Origin: a virus
Virus record (IMG/VR): IMGVR_UViG_3300028829_005098
Span: 32,001-96,000 of that record
Length of the DNA stretch: 64,000 bases
Strand: one strand, 5' to 3'
Every line of letters begins with the position of its first letter. The first letter of the stretch is position 1. Both the position numbers and the translations under genes were made by a program. Shown one piece after another: positions 37,525 to 51,523 of the stretch. The notes under the pieces are model-generated. The model was not told where the DNA came from, ran no database searches, and saw nothing but the letters and a program-made list of their open reading frames with translations.

Positions 37525-40500
37525 TTACATATCCTTTTTAATCACCGAAATTCTTGTCTCAAATACATTAATCATCTCACCAACACAAATTGAAGTATCT
37601 TCAGGTATATGTGATAAATTTTGATTGTTTAGTGTAATTGTTATGGTGTTATTTTCACTACTTTTAATTACACTTTCTACAATATAAAACTTTTCACTAA
37701 ATTGATTGATTAACGTTCCACTTTCACACGATGAATTGTCAAAGTTTAAGTTATCAATATAAATAAGGTCACCTACATAAATATCATCAGATTTTGTGGT
37801 TGAACCTTTAAGTGGTTCAACTACAAGTGTCAATTCATCTTTTGTAAATTCGTTGGATGTGGAATCTACTAGTGCAAATGTTTTGGATTTTATATCATCA
37901 CAAAAATATCTTTCAACATTCATGGTATTTTTAAAATCCTCAATATTTTTAGGTGTCCACAGATTTATATCACATGGATGTATTTTATTTCTGTCACTTT
38001 CGATTGTTTCTCCTTCTGCATCAGTTATTTCACCCAATTTTCCATTAGAGTATGCTTCTGTAAAGTTGATGTGTTCAAATGTGGTATTTTCTCCAATTTT
38101 GTACATGAGTTTCCACCATTTAGTTTCATCCCAATATATGTATGCCGATATATTTCCACCCAAAAGTTTATATAAAGGTTTATTGTTGTATTTTCCGTTT
38201 AGATAATAAGTTCCACTTAAATTTTTAGTATCATCATTTGATACTGCACCATTTACACACAATGCAGTTGGAATATCGTCACTTGCATCTTTTAAATCAT
38301 TTTCATTTAGTGGTGTTACATCCCAAGGAGTTGGTGTAAATGTTGGTGTAAACGATGGTGTTGGTGTAAACGATGGTGTTGGTGTAAATGTAGGAGTTTG
38401 CGTTGGGGTTTCTGTTGGAGTTTTTGTAGGAGTTTTAGTTTTGGTTGGAGTTGGAGTTTCTGTTGGAGTTTCTGTTGGAGTTGGTGTTTTGGTGGGTGTA
38501 GGTGTAGGCGTAGTTGTTTTTGTAGGTGTGGGAGTTGGTGATGGAGTTGGTGTATTTGTCGGAGTTGGTGTTTCTGGCCAATTTATCATAGAAGCTTCAT
38601 TAAAAGCATAATAAATTTCCAATTTACTTTTTACCTCAGAACTTAAATCTGTATATGATTTGATATTTTGTGTTGGTTCTACTATTGCATCGGTTGATGT
38701 AACAGGTTCGTCTTTTATGAACCAGAACGAATCTAAGTAATCTGTTACTCCGTCTCTACTCATTACATTTCGTGTTCTTACTATCGGTGGTGTTCTGTCT
38801 CTTTCACCTGCACGATTGGTTGTTGTAAAAACACTATTGATTGTATTTCGTCTGAACATTCTTCTTTTAGAACCAATATGCTCTCGTAGTTTTCCTCTTT
38901 GTATAAGTTCTCCATTTACTTTAATTTTGTTTACATCACATAGTCTGTAATCTATTTCATTGTTATATACATTATTCTCAATTGATGTTACAATTATGTC
39001 TCGTTCATCTTCGTCCGATGAATCTTCAAATGCTTCAATTATATTTTTGTCTTCGTTTACTTCAAAATCATTTTCAATTATTAATGTTCTATCACGAGAT
39101 GTAGTTGTGTTTAAGTCAATGCTAACACTTACTTTATTAATTGTTGGAATACTACGATACTTTGATATTGTGGTGTCATATTCATATACAAATTTATTGT
39201 CTCTATAATTTAGAATTCTATTGTAAGTGTCTTGTTCTCTTATTATTATTTCTTCATGCTCTACATCACCAAAAAATTCAAAATCAAAATTTATTTTATT
39301 TTTATTATCTGTTAATTTTCCATCTGTGTTTAATTTTATTTTTAATTTATTATAGTTGAAATCTTTTTCAAAGATGTTTGAATCATAATTAAAATCAAGT
39401 GGAATAATACTAGTTGTTCTATTTGATGTACTTGATAATACTTTGTTAATTTTAAATGCATTTGATTCTTGAAATTCACCGACTTTTGTTTTTACCTCAT
39501 AGGTAAAAGTTTTTGGATCATATTCATTTACTTCATTGGTAGTTTTATCATCAAAATCAAAGTTTATTTTTCTATTTGCAACAATTGCTTTATTTTCATT
39601 GGAAATCAGTTCACCATTTTTGACCATATAATAAACACCAAACATTTCATCCAAATCACGATTAAATTCATCTAGTCTAATATATTCTTTATATTTAATT
39701 TGCTTATCTGATAATATATCAGTAATACACCAATATTCATTTCCTGTGTATTCTTCTATGTTATAGAAAACAAACCAATTATATTCACTTGCCCATACAT
39801 ATCTGTTATTTTTTTCTAAAGTGGTTTTACTAAATTTTACATTATTAAGTTTTTCATTATCAGATTGTGTATACAAATTTATTACATCGTATTCATCTTT
39901 TTCAAAATACAAATAAACATTACTTCCGTTATCAGAAATGTATCTTCCGTATTTAGGAAATTCTAACAATGGATTGGTGTTTTTAATTGTAACAGATTTG
40001 CTTGATAAAAATCTAATAGGTATTGTTCCTACAATTGTCCGTGGATACACTTCCCACCCGATATCGTTATAGCCGAGTACATAATTCCAGTTCAATAAAT
40101 TTTCGTAAATTGGAAACTCAGGTAACGAAAATGAAGATGGTGGTGAGCCTTCATCTGAAACATCTGCAATGCCATATTCTCCGTAGAAATTTATTATTTC
40201 ATCATCACATATTAGTTTAGTACACTTTACCTCCATATACACAGAACCATTAATATCATTTAGATTTCCTCTTTGTCCTATATACATAGACGAAGCATCT
40301 TGTGGTGTTATAGATATATCAAATGTTGATGTTGCATTATCAACACATGAATTACAAGCATCATCATTTCGTGTACTTCCCCAATCTATTGTAGTGTTTC
40401 CACTTTCTGACAAAAGTGTAGCATTTATGAATGCTTGTTCTATTGTTAAATTTCTATTTTGAAATGAATAAACATTTGGAGTTATATCGTATGCAATTCT

Positions 40501-43500
40501 AAAGTTAAAATTATCAGTAATACACGCACCTTCTGATGATATAAAAGTAATTCTATCTTTGTTTATTAGATTGCTTGTTTTGGTCATTAGTGGTTGTAAA
40601 TCCGCAGAAACAACCCAAACAGATATACTTCCCTCTTTTGTTACATAGTTATCTTTCCATATATAATAATCGTGGAGATTTCTATAAACCGGATAATTAT
40701 TTCGTGTTGTATTAACAAGAAAGTATTCACCTTCAACTTTGTTGTCTTTGTTTGAAGTTGTGTTGTTTCCTAATAGTCTTACATTTGGTTTTAAGTCACC
40801 AAACTCATTAGTGTAAAATACCTCTATGGACAAATTAGAATCTCGTGTTGGTTGAATTTTTTCGTATATCCCACGGGTTGGAAGTTTTGTTTCAACCGAA
40901 TTGATTGATATTGCCCATGCTAGTATATTGTTTCTAGCACCAATATAATTTACCGCAAATTCATCGGCAAATTCGAATGTATCGTGTATTGGTATAAATG
41001 TAAAAGAATTATCAATTACATCTTCGTTTCTAAGTTGTGCTTGTTGCTTTACAAACTCTTGGTCTTTGCAACTCTCGCAATACATTTTAATACTAGCAGA
41101 GTATTCTTCATCGTACTGAATTGGACCAATTCCTATATTTGAATCAAAATTATTTACATTTATTTCAAGTGGTTTCGTTGAATCGTAAATTTGTGTGTTA
41201 TTGCCATATATCCATAAAGCATTCTCATCGTCAAATAATTCGGTTTCGTCTATGTTAAATAATGTTGTTGTATTGATTTTGATACAAACCCAAGCACCTT
41301 CAACATTGGTATCTATTAGATTTCTTTTATTCAGACTATAAAATACTAACCAATCTCCGTTTTGGTGGATGTATGCAGTTTTTCCATTCTTTCTCTGTGC
41401 AGTTGTACGATATTGTCCATTTGCCGATATAAATCTTCCAACGAATCCACTAATTATAAATCCATTGTATTCTGATGTACCGAGTATTAAAAAATATCCA
41501 GAAGATGAACTTTCTTGCGGAATATATGCTTGATTGTATATAGGATTTAATTTACAACGATACGATAGAAATTTATCTTTTACATTTATAGTAGTTATTG
41601 CGTTTAATGTGTCAGATGTATACACGATTGCTTCTGCATCATCACTTCTATTTGTATTAAGTTCACGATTTACCCCTAAGAAATATTTAACTTTTTTATT
41701 AGCAGTAAGTCGGAGATAAACATCATCTCCTAATTTTAATGATTCATCTATCGGAAAACTTAAATTCTGTTTTATCTCAATTTCGTCTTTTTTTATTTCA
41801 TCTTCACCTGATTCTATGTTTAGATAATTCACACCACCTCGTATAGATTCTTCATAAGAGTTTTTTACAAAATCATAACTATGAACATTTATATAGTTGC
41901 TTTTTTCTTCATCAAGATATCCAAGTAAATAAACATATTCATCACTCAACTCACTGACATTATATTTTAATATGCAACAACGATTATTCTCAAGTTCAGC
42001 AATAAGTTCTTCCTTTGAAATTCTATTAGTTTGATATTCACTTTCATAAATTTCATCAAATATTAAATTAGAATAATCAATCAATTCATCATTATTACTT
42101 AATTTTGTAGTTGTTTGCTCACCTATAAAACTATTAGATCCAGAGTATAAATGATTCTGTTTTAAATCATAACCTTTTGCATAAGTTTGTATATCACCAA
42201 CAAATTCTTGTATTTTTTTATTATATACAAACTTCAATAACAAATCTATTTCATATTCTTTTCTACTAGCACTTTGCTTATATTTTATATTATATTCTAA
42301 GTTTGGATTATTTTCTCGTTGAATTAAATCTATATAATAAGAAATTAATTTTACATTTCTTAATTCAGATGTTTCTATTTTAATATTCGTATTTAATTTT
42401 ATATTTGATAAAAGTGGTGGTTGAATTATGTCTTGAGTTTTGTGATGATATATGTTGTCGTATTTTGCCAATGTATTTCTTTTTGCAACACCATCTTCAT
42501 AGAAAATTACATTATTTAAATTTCTTTGAATTTTTACTTTTCGTGTTGCTTCAAGACGATTCTGAAATTTATATTTTATTTTAGTTGGTGTAGGAACAAG
42601 TTTTATTTTTTCAAAACTTTTAGTATTTTTTTCTATTTTGCTTGAGTCGTATAGTCCTAGATCAACAAGAACATAGTTGGGATCATTTTCTACGATTTCA
42701 TTAATATTGCCATGCATTTGCTTGTTATTAAAATTACACCCACCGAATCGTTTATTGTTATAAAATCCATTTCTTAGAATAAAATCACTTCCTGTTTTTT
42801 TATTACCAACATACCCTCTTTTAAGTACACCGGAAAAGAAACCATTTAGTCTGAGTTTTTTATGTGAACCTTGAAATCTTGTGTATCCATTTCGTTTTAC
42901 AACTACTTCATTGCCATTTGAATCTAATGTTATTTCATTATATTCACCATTAAACGACCCCTTGATTTGGCAATCTACTACTCCAAATACATCTCCTTCA
43001 AGTCTCATTATTTTGTCACCACCCACAGAAATTTTGGTAGAAAATGAATAAAACTTATAGTAAGTAATCGGTCCTGTTTTTCTAACATTTAAGAAAAAAT
43101 CACTCCATGTTGTATATGCCCCACTTAGTTTTGAAATCTCTTGTGATACATTAATAGAGAAATCAGACGGAAAGTACCCATCCTCATCTACACTTGCGTA
43201 GAATCTTATTTTATTTCCATTAGATAATATTTTTTCTGTGTTTCTATATTTAAATGGGTCTTCGTTTACAAGCACCCATGCACTTACATATGGTTCGTAA
43301 TATATAAACCAAGTAGATGCAGAGTTTTTAAATACTCGTTTCTTGTTTTTATTACGTGTTGAAGTGTATCTTCCTTCAGCAGATACTATATTATTTTTCT
43401 CAGATACACTCAATCTATCTTTGTCGTTTATTACAATATCAATTGTATATTTAGTAGAAATAGTATAATCAACTAGACCTGATTTGAATTGTGAATTTGA

Positions 43501-46500
43501 AAATAATTCTATGTTAGTTTTTTCTACTCGGTGTAGTTGTCCGTCATGATAATAATGACCGAACATTGTTGTGCTTCCAATTGAATCGTGTGAAATTGAA
43601 TAGTCATAAAAGTTTGTATGATAGTTGTCTTTGTAAGATATACCACTTACTTTATTGTAATTAAAGTTACTGCTTAGACATATTATATTTTCAGAGGAAG
43701 GTTTATCTTTAAAATGCTGATTGTTTGCGAATGAAACAATATCTTTATTTTTATGTGATGCTTTTAATCGTATATTTTTAAGTGGTTTAATTTTATCAGA
43801 TGATTCAATTACAGTTACATTATCTGTATTTACCTGTATTTCATTATCAACCCCAATTCCCTTTAACTTGCTTCTTTCTAATAATGTTGGTTCTACGACT
43901 AGTCCAGATATAACACGGGAACGTGCTGGTAGTAATTTTTCAAAATTAGAAAATAATGATTCATCGAGATATGCTTTTATCGTATTTAAATAAACTCCCC
44001 AGTCGGTTCTTGAAAAGCCCTCACGAAAAAATAATTTTCTAAAGTTTTCAAGTTCTTTGTATTTCTTTTTAGAATAGTCTTCAGGGTTTCCGATATAATC
44101 ACCAAGTTTAAATTCTCCAAAAAATTTAACTATCTCCTCGTTTAAGGGAATACTAGGACCAAAGAATAAACCTATTGTATTTGAATCCTTTCCGACTCTA
44201 TCAAGTGACTTTTTAGTTGATCTATTATACGGAGATAACGGAGCAATTATTTCTTGTTTTTCTTGTCGTATTTTATTGTTGTTAAATACGTGCATACCAA
44301 AACTTGGTAATTTTGCAAATTCTCTTTTGAACTTTCCTATAAAATCAAACGGAAATGTATTATTATTAAAATTAAAACACTTTGCATCCTTGGGTGCGGA
44401 GTCTGAAAATGAACTATTTGGTATGATGCCATAACCTCTTCTATAATTACTTGCATCTGAAATGTCATGTGGTGAATCAAAATTAGATTTAAATACAAGT
44501 ATCTTTTTTAGCCTAGTTGGATTTTCTATATCATAAGACTGAGAAAAAAGAATGTGGTTTTCGAATCTTTTCTCTGATATTGTTCCTGTGTATATTCTTA
44601 CTCTATCAAGAATTCCTTTAAATTTATGTTCCGTGTTGTTTCCTATGAACAATGATTTACTTTCAGAAAAGTTATTAAAAACTCGTTCATCAACAATCGC
44701 ATCAGATTTGGAAGAGAATACTATTTTACTATCAAGTTTTCTTTTGACTACAATAGTAATTGTTTTTCTTTTAAGTTTATCAAATTGTTCACTTTTCTGT
44801 ATTAATATATCGTAACCACCTTCAAACCAAGCATATATAGGTTTTTCGGTTTCGAGTGGACACATTTTTTCGTATTCGTGGGATTTAAAATAAAATCTAC
44901 CAAATTGTCTGTCATTATCTGGTAATAGTCTTACTCCAAATTCCCAATCACCACATTCAATGATTCTAATTTGTGTACCAAGTTCTTTAGCACTCTCGTT
45001 CAATGCGACATTAAACTCTATTGTCGTTGGTTTGTTATTATTTTCATTCCAAGGAAATTCTACATACTGATTTTCCTGTTGTATTGAGAGTCCATAATCG
45101 TATGAATCAAACACAAATGCTGGGTTGTTCGTTGTTGTATCTGAGTATTCCGTTGCTCCACCGTACTCTCTTATTGAAAATAAATTATCAGGTACGTCGT
45201 AGCATCTTAGTAAGGCATTTATCGAAGCAAGTGTTCCTTTAGTTTTTAACAAATATGGTAAATTATTTAATACACGTCTCCATACTTGATTTCTTCTATA
45301 TTCAACCGAGTTTTCGTTTTTAATTCCTACTTTTGATAAATCATCAGATGAAGAATCTTGTCCATCAAAATTCATTCCGAGTGAATTTAAAAAGTAATAA
45401 ACAAGTTGATCAGGTATTCCTTTATTTGGAGAGTTTCTTACTTTCCTTGAATTTCCCATATTTTCGATATATCCGTGAACAGTATCGAAGTGTAGGCCTA
45501 TGATGTTTAGAAAGTTAACAAAGTCTTCATTCGAGTCATCTCGTATCAAAAATTCAGGTATACTATTCACAAGGGACTCATCGTTACCTCTGTCAAAATA
45601 CATTGCTTCTTTTAATTTCGCCGAATACCATTGATATGCGTGTGTTTTTCTCCACTCACCTGATTCACTTGGCATATAAGAGGGAGCAAGTTTTCCTGTT
45701 TCTGGTCCTAGGTCTATTAATTCTCTGGCACTTTTTAATTTATCATCTAAATTAAATCCCTCTGAGTCTAAAACTGATATTGTGTATTCAAAATAATAAC
45801 TATCTTCTTTTATCTTAATCCAATTTGACAAAGTAAAATATTCTGTGTCTGATAATACCCAAGCACTATCTTCATTTGACCACCACAAAAACCAATTTGC
45901 TTGTTCGTGTTTATATTTGTATTTTTTATTTAAAAAACCATTTCTTACATATCTACCATTTGCAACATCATTTTTTCCATTTATTCCAGAAATAAATAAG
46001 TTATCATTTCTTGGATATGAGTGTTCTGAGTCTTCGTAATATAAAAACTTTTCATAACCACTTAGTGTCATAAGTTCTGTATTTAAGTCTCGTTTTGCTG
46101 AATCTAAATCAATTTTTCTTAAAACTTGAATGGCAGACTGAGAACCTCCAGAAACTGCTAGGTTATTCTCTATGTCTCTTTCTATTTGTATAATGTTATA
46201 TTCAATATCTTTAATTGTTTTAATTAAATTAGATATTTTTTGGAATTTTAAAATAAAAACTTCTAGTTGACGTGTTGCTGAAGAATACTTAATAAAATTC
46301 TTAAAATCTGAATAGTCGTATTCTACATTATTTAAATTTTTATTATAGTAACTTGAAATTGACTTACTGCTTTCATCTAAATTACTTTCTTCCTGTTGCT
46401 CCAAGTCCTCTTGTTTTAATTTTTTTGTACCTGTATTGGATATAATTGCACTTTTATTTGGACCTCTTAATTTAAAAGCATTTGTCTGTGTAGTTTTAAA

Positions 46501-47685
46501 GAAATTTGCTTTTTGCATTATATCATCGGAGTATAATCTTGATGATATGTAGATTTTTTGACTTACCTCAATTTCACTTGGAAGAGGTTCAAGTAATTTA
46601 ATGACTATTGGACGATGTTTTTTCTCATCATCTATATTTTCATTTGTAGGAACTATTGATAAAATTGGAAATGTATTTCCGTTTCCAAAATTAACAACAT
46701 TGTTTAAATAAGTTTCAAATCTATCTTTATAGATTGTGTTTAAATAATCAACATCAAACAAAGAAATATAAATTGTTTTAAATAAATTATCTACATCTTC
46801 ATCTACATTTTCTCCACCAAGTCTCGGATGTGAAGATATAATGTAATTTACAGAATTTAGGTATTCAATATAAAAATCCGACAACGTAAATGTATTGTTG
46901 TATACACTTTTTAATCTGCTTTTATACAAATTAAAAATATTATTTTTTAAAATATCTGCACTAATAAATACATCCTTTTCAGTTCCACCACCAAGCAATG
47001 TTATTGCTTTGTTTATTATCTCGTCATACCCCTCCATTAATTCACGAAGTTCAGATTGATAATTTTCAGAACGAATTTCTACGTCTCTTAATAGTTTATC
47101 CGTGATATTGTATACCGATGAAACCGGAAGTTTTTTATTTAACAAGTTTTCATACTCATATGAAAGTGAAATATCTTCAGGTTTATTTGATATTTTTAAA
47201 CACTGAGGTATTACTTTTATTTCCGTTCGGGTGGTGGAGATTTCTTTGACAACTAATTTACTAGAATTTTCAAACGAACCACATAGATCATTCAAGAAAC
47301 TATATCGTATATAGTAACTACCTCTATCTAAGTTAAGTTCTTTTGCATCATTTACAGGTGATACAAGTACATTATTATTTACACTTGTATAGTTGCTTTT
47401 GAATATTTGAACATCACCAGTTATCTTTTCTCCAAAATAATTGGTATACTCAAGTTGTTCTCGTTCAAAGTGTGGGTTATCATCAACGACTCTCCACCCA
47501 ATAATCTCTTTGTTTAAATTGTATACCGAAAATTCAACAACATCTTTTGGACTTAGTCCAAATTCATAAACATCAGGTTCTTCTTGAAATGATATACCAA
47601 GTGTAGATTTATCTACATAATAACCTCGTGTAAGTTTACCTTCACTTTCTTCGTAGGTTTGAATATACTCTAGATTTACTGACAT
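37525..47685 (-). CDS. Giant 3386-aa baseplate wedge / adhesin-like protein
   Basis: [10 protein letters not shown]...[16 protein letters not shown] wedge-like motif; LamG-like [15 protein letters not shown]; repeated aromatic beta modules; PT tract near the C-terminus. Confidence 0.75.
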   Translation of the reverse strand: MSVNLEYIQTYEESEGKLTRGYYVDKSTLGISFQEEPDVYEFGLSPKDVVEFSVYNLNKEIIGWRVVDDNPHFEREQLEYTNYFGEKITGDVQIFKSNYTSVNNNVLVSPVNDAKELNLDRGSYYIRYSFLNDLCGSFENSSKLVVKEISTTRTEIKVIPQCLKISNKPEDISLSYEYENLLNKKLPVSSVYNITDKLLRDVEIRSENYQSELRELMEGYDEIINKAITLLGGGTEKDVFISADILKNNIFNLYKSRLKSVYNNTFTLSDFYIEYLNSVNYIISSHPRLGGENVDEDVDNLFKTIYISLFDVDYLNTIYKDRFETYLNNVVNFGNGNTFPILSIVPTNENIDDEKKHRPIVIKLLEPLPSEIEVSQKIYISSRLYSDDIMQKANFFKTTQTNAFKLRGPNKSAIISNTGTKKLKQEDLEQQEESNLDESSKSISSYYNKNLNNVEYDYSDFKNFIKYSSATRQLEVFILKFQKISNLIKTIKDIEYNIIQIERDIENNLAVSGGSQSAIQVLRKIDLDSAKRDLNTELMTLSGYEKFLYYEDSEHSYPRNDNLFISGINGKNDVANGRYVRNGFLNKKYKYKHEQANWFLWWSNEDSAWVLSDTEYFTLSNWIKIKEDSYYFEYTISVLDSEGFNLDDKLKSARELIDLGPETGKLAPSYMPSESGEWRKTHAYQWYSAKLKEAMYFDRGNDESLVNSIPEFLIRDDSNEDFVNFLNIIGLHFDTVHGYIENMGNSRKVRNSPNKGIPDQLVYYFLNSLGMNFDGQDSSSDDLSKVGIKNENSVEYRRNQVWRRVLNNLPYLLKTKGTLASINALLRCYDVPDNLFSIREYGGATEYSDTTTNNPAFVFDSYDYGLSIQQENQYVEFPWNENNNKPTTIEFNVALNESAKELGTQIRIIECGDWEFGVRLLPDNDRQFGRFYFKSHEYEKMCPLETEKPIYAWFEGGYDILIQKSEQFDKLKRKTITIVVKRKLDSKIVFSSKSDAIVDERVFNNFSESKSLFIGNNTEHKFKGILDRVRIYTGTISEKRFENHILFSQSYDIENPTRLKKILVFKSNFDSPHDISDASNYRRGYGIIPNSSFSDSAPKDAKCFNFNNNTFPFDFIGKFKREFAKLPSFGMHVFNNNKIRQEKQEIIAPLSPYNRSTKKSLDRVGKDSNTIGLFFGPSIPLNEEIVKFFGEFKLGDYIGNPEDYSKKKYKELENFRKLFFREGFSRTDWGVYLNTIKAYLDESLFSNFEKLLPARSRVISGLVVEPTLLERSKLKGIGVDNEIQVNTDNVTVIESSDKIKPLKNIRLKASHKNKDIVSFANNQHFKDKPSSENIICLSSNFNYNKVSGISYKDNYHTNFYDYSISHDSIGSTTMFGHYYHDGQLHRVEKTNIELFSNSQFKSGLVDYTISTKYTIDIVINDKDRLSVSEKNNIVSAEGRYTSTRNKNKKRVFKNSASTWFIYYEPYVSAWVLVNEDPFKYRNTEKILSNGNKIRFYASVDEDGYFPSDFSINVSQEISKLSGAYTTWSDFFLNVRKTGPITYYKFYSFSTKISVGGDKIMRLEGDVFGVVDCQIKGSFNGEYNEITLDSNGNEVVVKRNGYTRFQGSHKKLRLNGFFSGVLKRGYVGNKKTGSDFILRNGFYNNKRFGGCNFNNKQMHGNINEIVENDPNYVLVDLGLYDSSKIEKNTKSFEKIKLVPTPTKIKYKFQNRLEATRKVKIQRNLNNVIFYEDGVAKRNTLAKYDNIYHHKTQDIIQPPLLSNIKLNTNIKIETSELRNVKLISYYIDLIQRENNPNLEYNIKYKQSASRKEYEIDLLLKFVYNKKIQEFVGDIQTYAKGYDLKQNHLYSGSNSFIGEQTTTKLSNNDELIDYSNLIFDEIYESEYQTNRISKEELIAELENNRCCILKYNVSELSDEYVYLLGYLDEEKSNYINVHSYDFVKNSYEESIRGGVNYLNIESGEDEIKKDEIEIKQNLSFPIDESLKLGDDVYLRLTANKKVKYFLGVNRELNTNRSDDAEAIVYTSDTLNAITTINVKDKFLSYRCKLNPIYNQAYIPQESSSSGYFLILGTSEYNGFIISGFVGRFISANGQYRTTAQRKNGKTAYIHQNGDWLVFYSLNKRNLIDTNVEGAWVCIKINTTTLFNIDETELFDDENALWIYGNNTQIYDSTKPLEINVNNFDSNIGIGPIQYDEEYSASIKMYCESCKDQEFVKQQAQLRNEDVIDNSFTFIPIHDTFEFADEFAVNYIGARNNILAWAISINSVETKLPTRGIYEKIQPTRDSNLSIEVFYTNEFGDLKPNVRLLGNNTTSNKDNKVEGEYFLVNTTRNNYPVYRNLHDYYIWKDNYVTKEGSISVWVVSADLQPLMTKTSNLINKDRITFISSEGACITDNFNFRIAYDITPNVYSFQNRNLTIEQAFINATLLSESGNTTIDWGSTRNDDACNSCVDNATSTFDISITPQDASSMYIGQRGNLNDINGSVYMEVKCTKLICDDEIINFYGEYGIADVSDEGSPPSSFSLPEFPIYENLLNWNYVLGYNDIGWEVYPRTIVGTIPIRFLSSKSVTIKNTNPLLEFPKYGRYISDNGSNVYLYFEKDEYDVINLYTQSDNEKLNNVKFSKTTLEKNNRYVWASEYNWFVFYNIEEYTGNEYWCITDILSDKQIKYKEYIRLDEFNRDLDEMFGVYYMVKNGELISNENKAIVANRKINFDFDDKTTNEVNEYDPKTFTYEVKTKVGEFQESNAFKINKVLSSTSNRTTSIIPLDFNYDSNIFEKDFNYNKLKIKLNTDGKLTDNKNKINFDFEFFGDVEHEEIIIREQDTYNRILNYRDNKFVYEYDTTISKYRSIPTINKVSVSIDLNTTTSRDRTLIIENDFEVNEDKNIIEAFEDSSDEDERDIIVTSIENNVYNNEIDYRLCDVNKIKVNGELIQRGKLREHIGSKRRMFRRNTINSVFTTTNRAGERDRTPPIVRTRNVMSRDGVTDYLDSFWFIKDEPVTSTDAIVEPTQNIKSYTDLSSEVKSKLEIYYAFNEASMINWPETPTPTNTPTPSPTPTPTKTTTPTPTPTKTPTPTETPTETPTPTKTKTPTKTPTETPTQTPTFTPTPSFTPTPSFTPTFTPTPWDVTPLNENDLKDASDDIPTALCVNGAVSNDDTKNLSGTYYLNGKYNNKPLYKLLGGNISAYIYWDETKWWKLMYKIGENTTFEHINFTEAYSNGKLGEITDAEGETIESDRNKIHPCDINLWTPKNIEDFKNTMNVERYFCDDIKSKTFALVDSTSNEFTKDELTLVVEPLKGSTTKSDDIYVGDLIYIDNLNFDNSSCESGTLINQFSEKFYIVESVIKSSENNTITITLNNQNLSHIPEDTSICVGEMINVFETRISVIKKDM
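38326..38577 (-). repeat. 84-codon Pro-Thr low-complexity tract
   Basis: [20 protein letters not shown]...FTPTP in frame in the giant protein. Confidence 0.9.
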
Positions 47686-47689
47686 TTAA

Positions 47690-48280
47690 TTAAGTACCCA
47701 TAAAAGGAAAAGACTCAATTTTCTCTGCTTGCTTTTCTTTTTCTACCGATGTCTTTGGTAAGAATGGAAATACATCATGAAAATCATTTGTGGAGTTGCC
47801 TTCACCTGCGTTAATTCTTTGTGTAATGATTGTGTCCCGTGCGGCCAAATACATTTCGGCAGAATCTTCTCTAAACTTAACATTCTTTGCCATTTCTTCG
47901 TCAAGTTTCATTCCAAGTTCATCTATCTGTGTCTGCATTAATTGTTCATTTGAAATTGCTTCTGAGATTTCATCTTCTATTGATAGTAATTCTTCATCAG
48001 TTTCTATATCCACTTCTTCAATTACCTCAACATCAGCTGCGTATTCAATAACTTCAGTTGCGGTGTATGTTTCTACTTGTTCTTCTATTATGTTCAACTT
48101 CTCCATAGGAACATAAAGAAAATGTTCACCCATTTTAGTTTCTGAGTTTGCATCATTTAAATTAAAACTCATTGTACCGAGGTTATCTATGTTTCTGTTT
48201 ATCTCTCCCGACAAAAGTTCTTGTAGTTTAGTCTGACTATAATTTGATTCTTGTATGAATGTTGGCAATGAATTTTTCAT
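47690..48280 (-). CDS. Acidic hypothetical protein in baseplate block
   Basis: Tightly packed 196-aa ORF with coiled coil. Confidence 0.7.
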   Translation of the reverse strand: MKNSLPTFIQESNYSQTKLQELLSGEINRNIDNLGTMSFNLNDANSETKMGEHFLYVPMEKLNIIEEQVETYTATEVIEYAADVEVIEEVDIETDEELLSIEDEISEAISNEQLMQTQIDELGMKLDEEMAKNVKFREDSAEMYLAARDTIITQRINAGEGNSTNDFHDVFPFLPKTSVEKEKQAEKIESFPFMGT

Positions 48281-49549
48281 TTATACTTCCACAGTAAAAG
48301 TTCTAGTATCTTCGTGAATAGATTCACCATACTCGTTTTTAATTAGAATTGAGAATCTAAAATATCTACCAACATTTAAACAACCAAAGTTAAAATTAAA
48401 AAAGTGACCAGTTTCATCGGTACTTATTTTACTATATTTGTTGAACTCAATTATTGTTTCGTTAGTTTCTGCATCTTTTATTGAATAAAACATATCATAA
48501 TCAGTATAATGACTTCCACCATAAACTGCTTTCTTTAAAATTGTCTTCATTGGATTTTTGCTACGAACACCTACGTCAATTCTTAATATTTCAGAATTTT
48601 TATATTTTTTGTTTATGGTTTTTATTTTAGAAATTATGTTTCCTGATATTTTTTGTAAATTGGTAGTTTGTTGAGTAAAGTTTTTGTGTTCAACGACTTC
48701 ACACGAAGAATCTATAAGTTTTGTTGTATCAAAGTTACTATTTAGTATAGTTTCAAGTGAAACAATATCATAATCTAATAAGTCTGTGTTTGGTTTTTCA
48801 TACCCAATAGAGCCTGATAATGTTCCTGATATAGTGTTTATCGTGGATTCGTCTGTTTGTTGTGGTTCTAACAGGTTTACCGAATCTACATAACTAAATC
48901 TAAGAAAAGGTGAGTAAATAGTATTGGTATCTTTGGAATAAAACTTGATCGAACCCACCTCAGGTGCGTTTGTAGATTCTTCTTTTAACTTAATAACCAA
49001 TCCATTGTTAGGAATGTCACCCAAAATCCATCTCATTGCAATTGGAGTTATATCAACCGATACATCGGAGGTTTTGTGTGAAAATATAAAATTAGAATCA
49101 ATACTATGAATTGTTTCACTACTACACTCTTTTATTGTTTCATAGTTGCTAGGTCCACCGTTTGTAACAGAATTTGTCCAAGTCTCTTCGTGGTTTCTGT
49201 ATATCCAGTTTGCAGGACCATATACAGGATCTACATCAAAACCACGACCAATTCCTTCCAACCAAGATTCCGTCAAAGGAAATACTTGAAGTTGTATATC
49301 TGACGATACATCTTCACTCTCTGTTATTTTTAATTCAAGAAATATTTTTAAATCTTTATTATATTTTACATAGTTATCCTTGTTTAATGGCATATCAAAT
49401 TCCATTAAAATTCTACTTAGAGAATGCCCACCCCCTTCACTAAATGAGTTTTTAATTTCAAGTATTTCGGAAGTACCAAACGAAAGTTCTCGTTCGTTTA
49501 TATTCTTACTAATAGTTGTATCTTTACTTGGATATACAAAAAAATTCAT
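48281..49549 (-). CDS. Virion structural protein with DNRLRE-like domain
   Basis: PSKDTTI, SRILMEFD, DVSVDITP..W, NNGLVIK, FYSKDT..P.L pattern. Confidence 0.6.
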   Translation of the reverse strand: MNFFVYPSKDTTISKNINERELSFGTSEILEIKNSFSEGGGHSLSRILMEFDMPLNKDNYVKYNKDLKIFLELKITESEDVSSDIQLQVFPLTESWLEGIGRGFDVDPVYGPANWIYRNHEETWTNSVTNGGPSNYETIKECSSETIHSIDSNFIFSHKTSDVSVDITPIAMRWILGDIPNNGLVIKLKEESTNAPEVGSIKFYSKDTNTIYSPFLRFSYVDSVNLLEPQQTDESTINTISGTLSGSIGYEKPNTDLLDYDIVSLETILNSNFDTTKLIDSSCEVVEHKNFTQQTTNLQKISGNIISKIKTINKKYKNSEILRIDVGVRSKNPMKTILKKAVYGGSHYTDYDMFYSIKDAETNETIIEFNKYSKISTDETGHFFNFNFGCLNVGRYFRFSILIKNEYGESIHEDTRTFTVEV

Positions 49550-51522
49550 TATATTACTCTTCCTACTATGTCTCGTGATGGAAATTTGACTTCAAATATC
49601 GATGGGTCCATTGATGGATATATTATTTTATTAATAGTCGCACCTCCGATGTCATATTCGTTTTCTGAGTAGTCTCCATCGTTGATTGTTAGATTTACAA
49701 ATTCTAAATTGGATACAGATTTTACACCTTTTATTTGAGATACCAATAATTCTACATTTCCGATTTCAATTGGTTGAGAGATCTGCCATTTGCCTATATC
49801 AAAATACTCTGTGACTTTATTTATGCAATTTAACAAAACCTCTTTTTTATTAAAATTCTGAAAAACTGAGATTTCAAAATATACACCCACATTTATTATG
49901 AAAGCATTTGTTATATTTATTCCATCTGTTAGCATTCTGAATTGTGTCATGTATGTTGTTAGATTATGTAATACAAGTTCGTTTGGTGCAGTTAGTTTTT
50001 TTGTTTCATCGTAACTAAGTATATACATATTTACTGCAAATGGATTGTTTATTTCACCATAAACTGTATTCAGACCGTTGGGTTGAACATCCGTATCAGA
50101 CATAGTCGATGATTTAACCAAGTCAATTTGAGACTTTGTATCTAGTATACCATCTTTTGTTACGAATGCTTTGGCAACACTTCCGTATTTACTAGGCATT
50201 GCATATGCACGAATAACATAATCTTCTTTGGTGACTGCCCGCATTTGAGAAGATAAATTTGACAAACCTCTCATTCGAATCTCTTCGTCATCCTCTGCAC
50301 CACGACCTCCTCTCGCAGGATTTGGATTATTTACCATTAAACTGTTTTTTACACTTTCAAGTACAAGTTGCTCAGATGCAGATAGATATTCATTTGAGTC
50401 GGCATAACTTACACTTGTTATTCGTGTTAATACATTTGATTTAACATTCGATTCATCACCCCCACCTATATAATATTCTACATTTAAGGTTGTGTTGCTG
50501 GGTGATTCTCCATACGAATCACTCTTTAAAAAATTACTTGGATCATACGACATATCAAGTGTACTTTTTGTTATATTAGTATTTCTGCCAACATTATTCA
50601 TTGAGGGTGTAATAATTTCTTCGTCCAGTTTATCCGCACCCTTACCAAATTCAATAGTAACAGAATTATCTGAATTTGTGTGTGTTATATATCGCTTGGA
50701 TGTCTTAATATATCTTAATATATAAGGAACTGTTGTTGCGTATTGATAAAATAGAGGATTATTTTTTTGTGTATTCTGTTCTTCAATCAAAACCAAATCT
50801 TGTGCCATATAAGGCACTTCGTGCCAAATTGCACCTGTTGTATCTTTTACAGATACGATTTCCAAAACATTGGTTTCAGGTAGTTCTATTTCAAAAAATT
50901 CTTGAGCATCACCAACACTTACATTTTTTTTGATTAGTGTACCACTTGTTACATGGGCACTCTTTTTTAATAAATAAAAAGTTGGTTGTCCACCTGAGTC
51001 TCTTTCAAACACACTTATTTCAAGTGGAGATGAAACATTATTTTCTGCGAATTGTATACTATTAGTTGTTCTAAATATTACATCAGGATCATCTGCTGAT
51101 CTAATTTCCACACCTGATTGAATGTTTAAAGCATATCTCATGTCAGGTATATTTTTTCCATCACCATCTAACCTTGAAGGAACAAGTTGCATTATGTCAA
51201 TCATAGTTGAACTCGGTTTTGCTGGTTTTGGTTTGTATCCCAAATAATTTGCAAGTGCTAATATATTCTTTCTTTCACTTGCATATTGTAAGAATCCTTC
51301 TTTAAATTGGTAGTCTACGTAATACGATAATACATCACCAACATACGATGCGAGTTCTATGAACATCATACCTGTTGAGTTTTCCGAAAAATCTGTATAT
51401 GTACCAGGAAAATAAGACTTTGTATACTGAATTAAATTCTGTTTAAAACTATCAAAGTCACGACTAAGATAATTTATGTCTTTTGATTTTATATTAGAAT
51501 ATATTTGAAAGTCGTCTGCCAT
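49549..51522 (-). CDS. gp6: Baseplate wedge subunit (T4 gp6 / baseplate J-like)
   Basis: RDFDSFKQNL, GMMFIELASYVGDVLSYY, LGYKP, GG..E..EEIR, QMRAVTKEDY. Confidence 0.92.
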   Translation of the reverse strand: MADDFQIYSNIKSKDINYLSRDFDSFKQNLIQYTKSYFPGTYTDFSENSTGMMFIELASYVGDVLSYYVDYQFKEGFLQYASERKNILALANYLGYKPKPAKPSSTMIDIMQLVPSRLDGDGKNIPDMRYALNIQSGVEIRSADDPDVIFRTTNSIQFAENNVSSPLEISVFERDSGGQPTFYLLKKSAHVTSGTLIKKNVSVGDAQEFFEIELPETNVLEIVSVKDTTGAIWHEVPYMAQDLVLIEEQNTQKNNPLFYQYATTVPYILRYIKTSKRYITHTNSDNSVTIEFGKGADKLDEEIITPSMNNVGRNTNITKSTLDMSYDPSNFLKSDSYGESPSNTTLNVEYYIGGGDESNVKSNVLTRITSVSYADSNEYLSASEQLVLESVKNSLMVNNPNPARGGRGAEDDEEIRMRGLSNLSSQMRAVTKEDYVIRAYAMPSKYGSVAKAFVTKDGILDTKSQIDLVKSSTMSDTDVQPNGLNTVYGEINNPFAVNMYILSYDETKKLTAPNELVLHNLTTYMTQFRMLTDGINITNAFIINVGVYFEISVFQNFNKKEVLLNCINKVTEYFDIGKWQISQPIEIGNVELLVSQIKGVKSVSNLEFVNLTINDGDYSENEYDIGGATINKIIYPSMDPSIFEVKFPSRDIVGRVI

Positions 51523-51523
51523 A

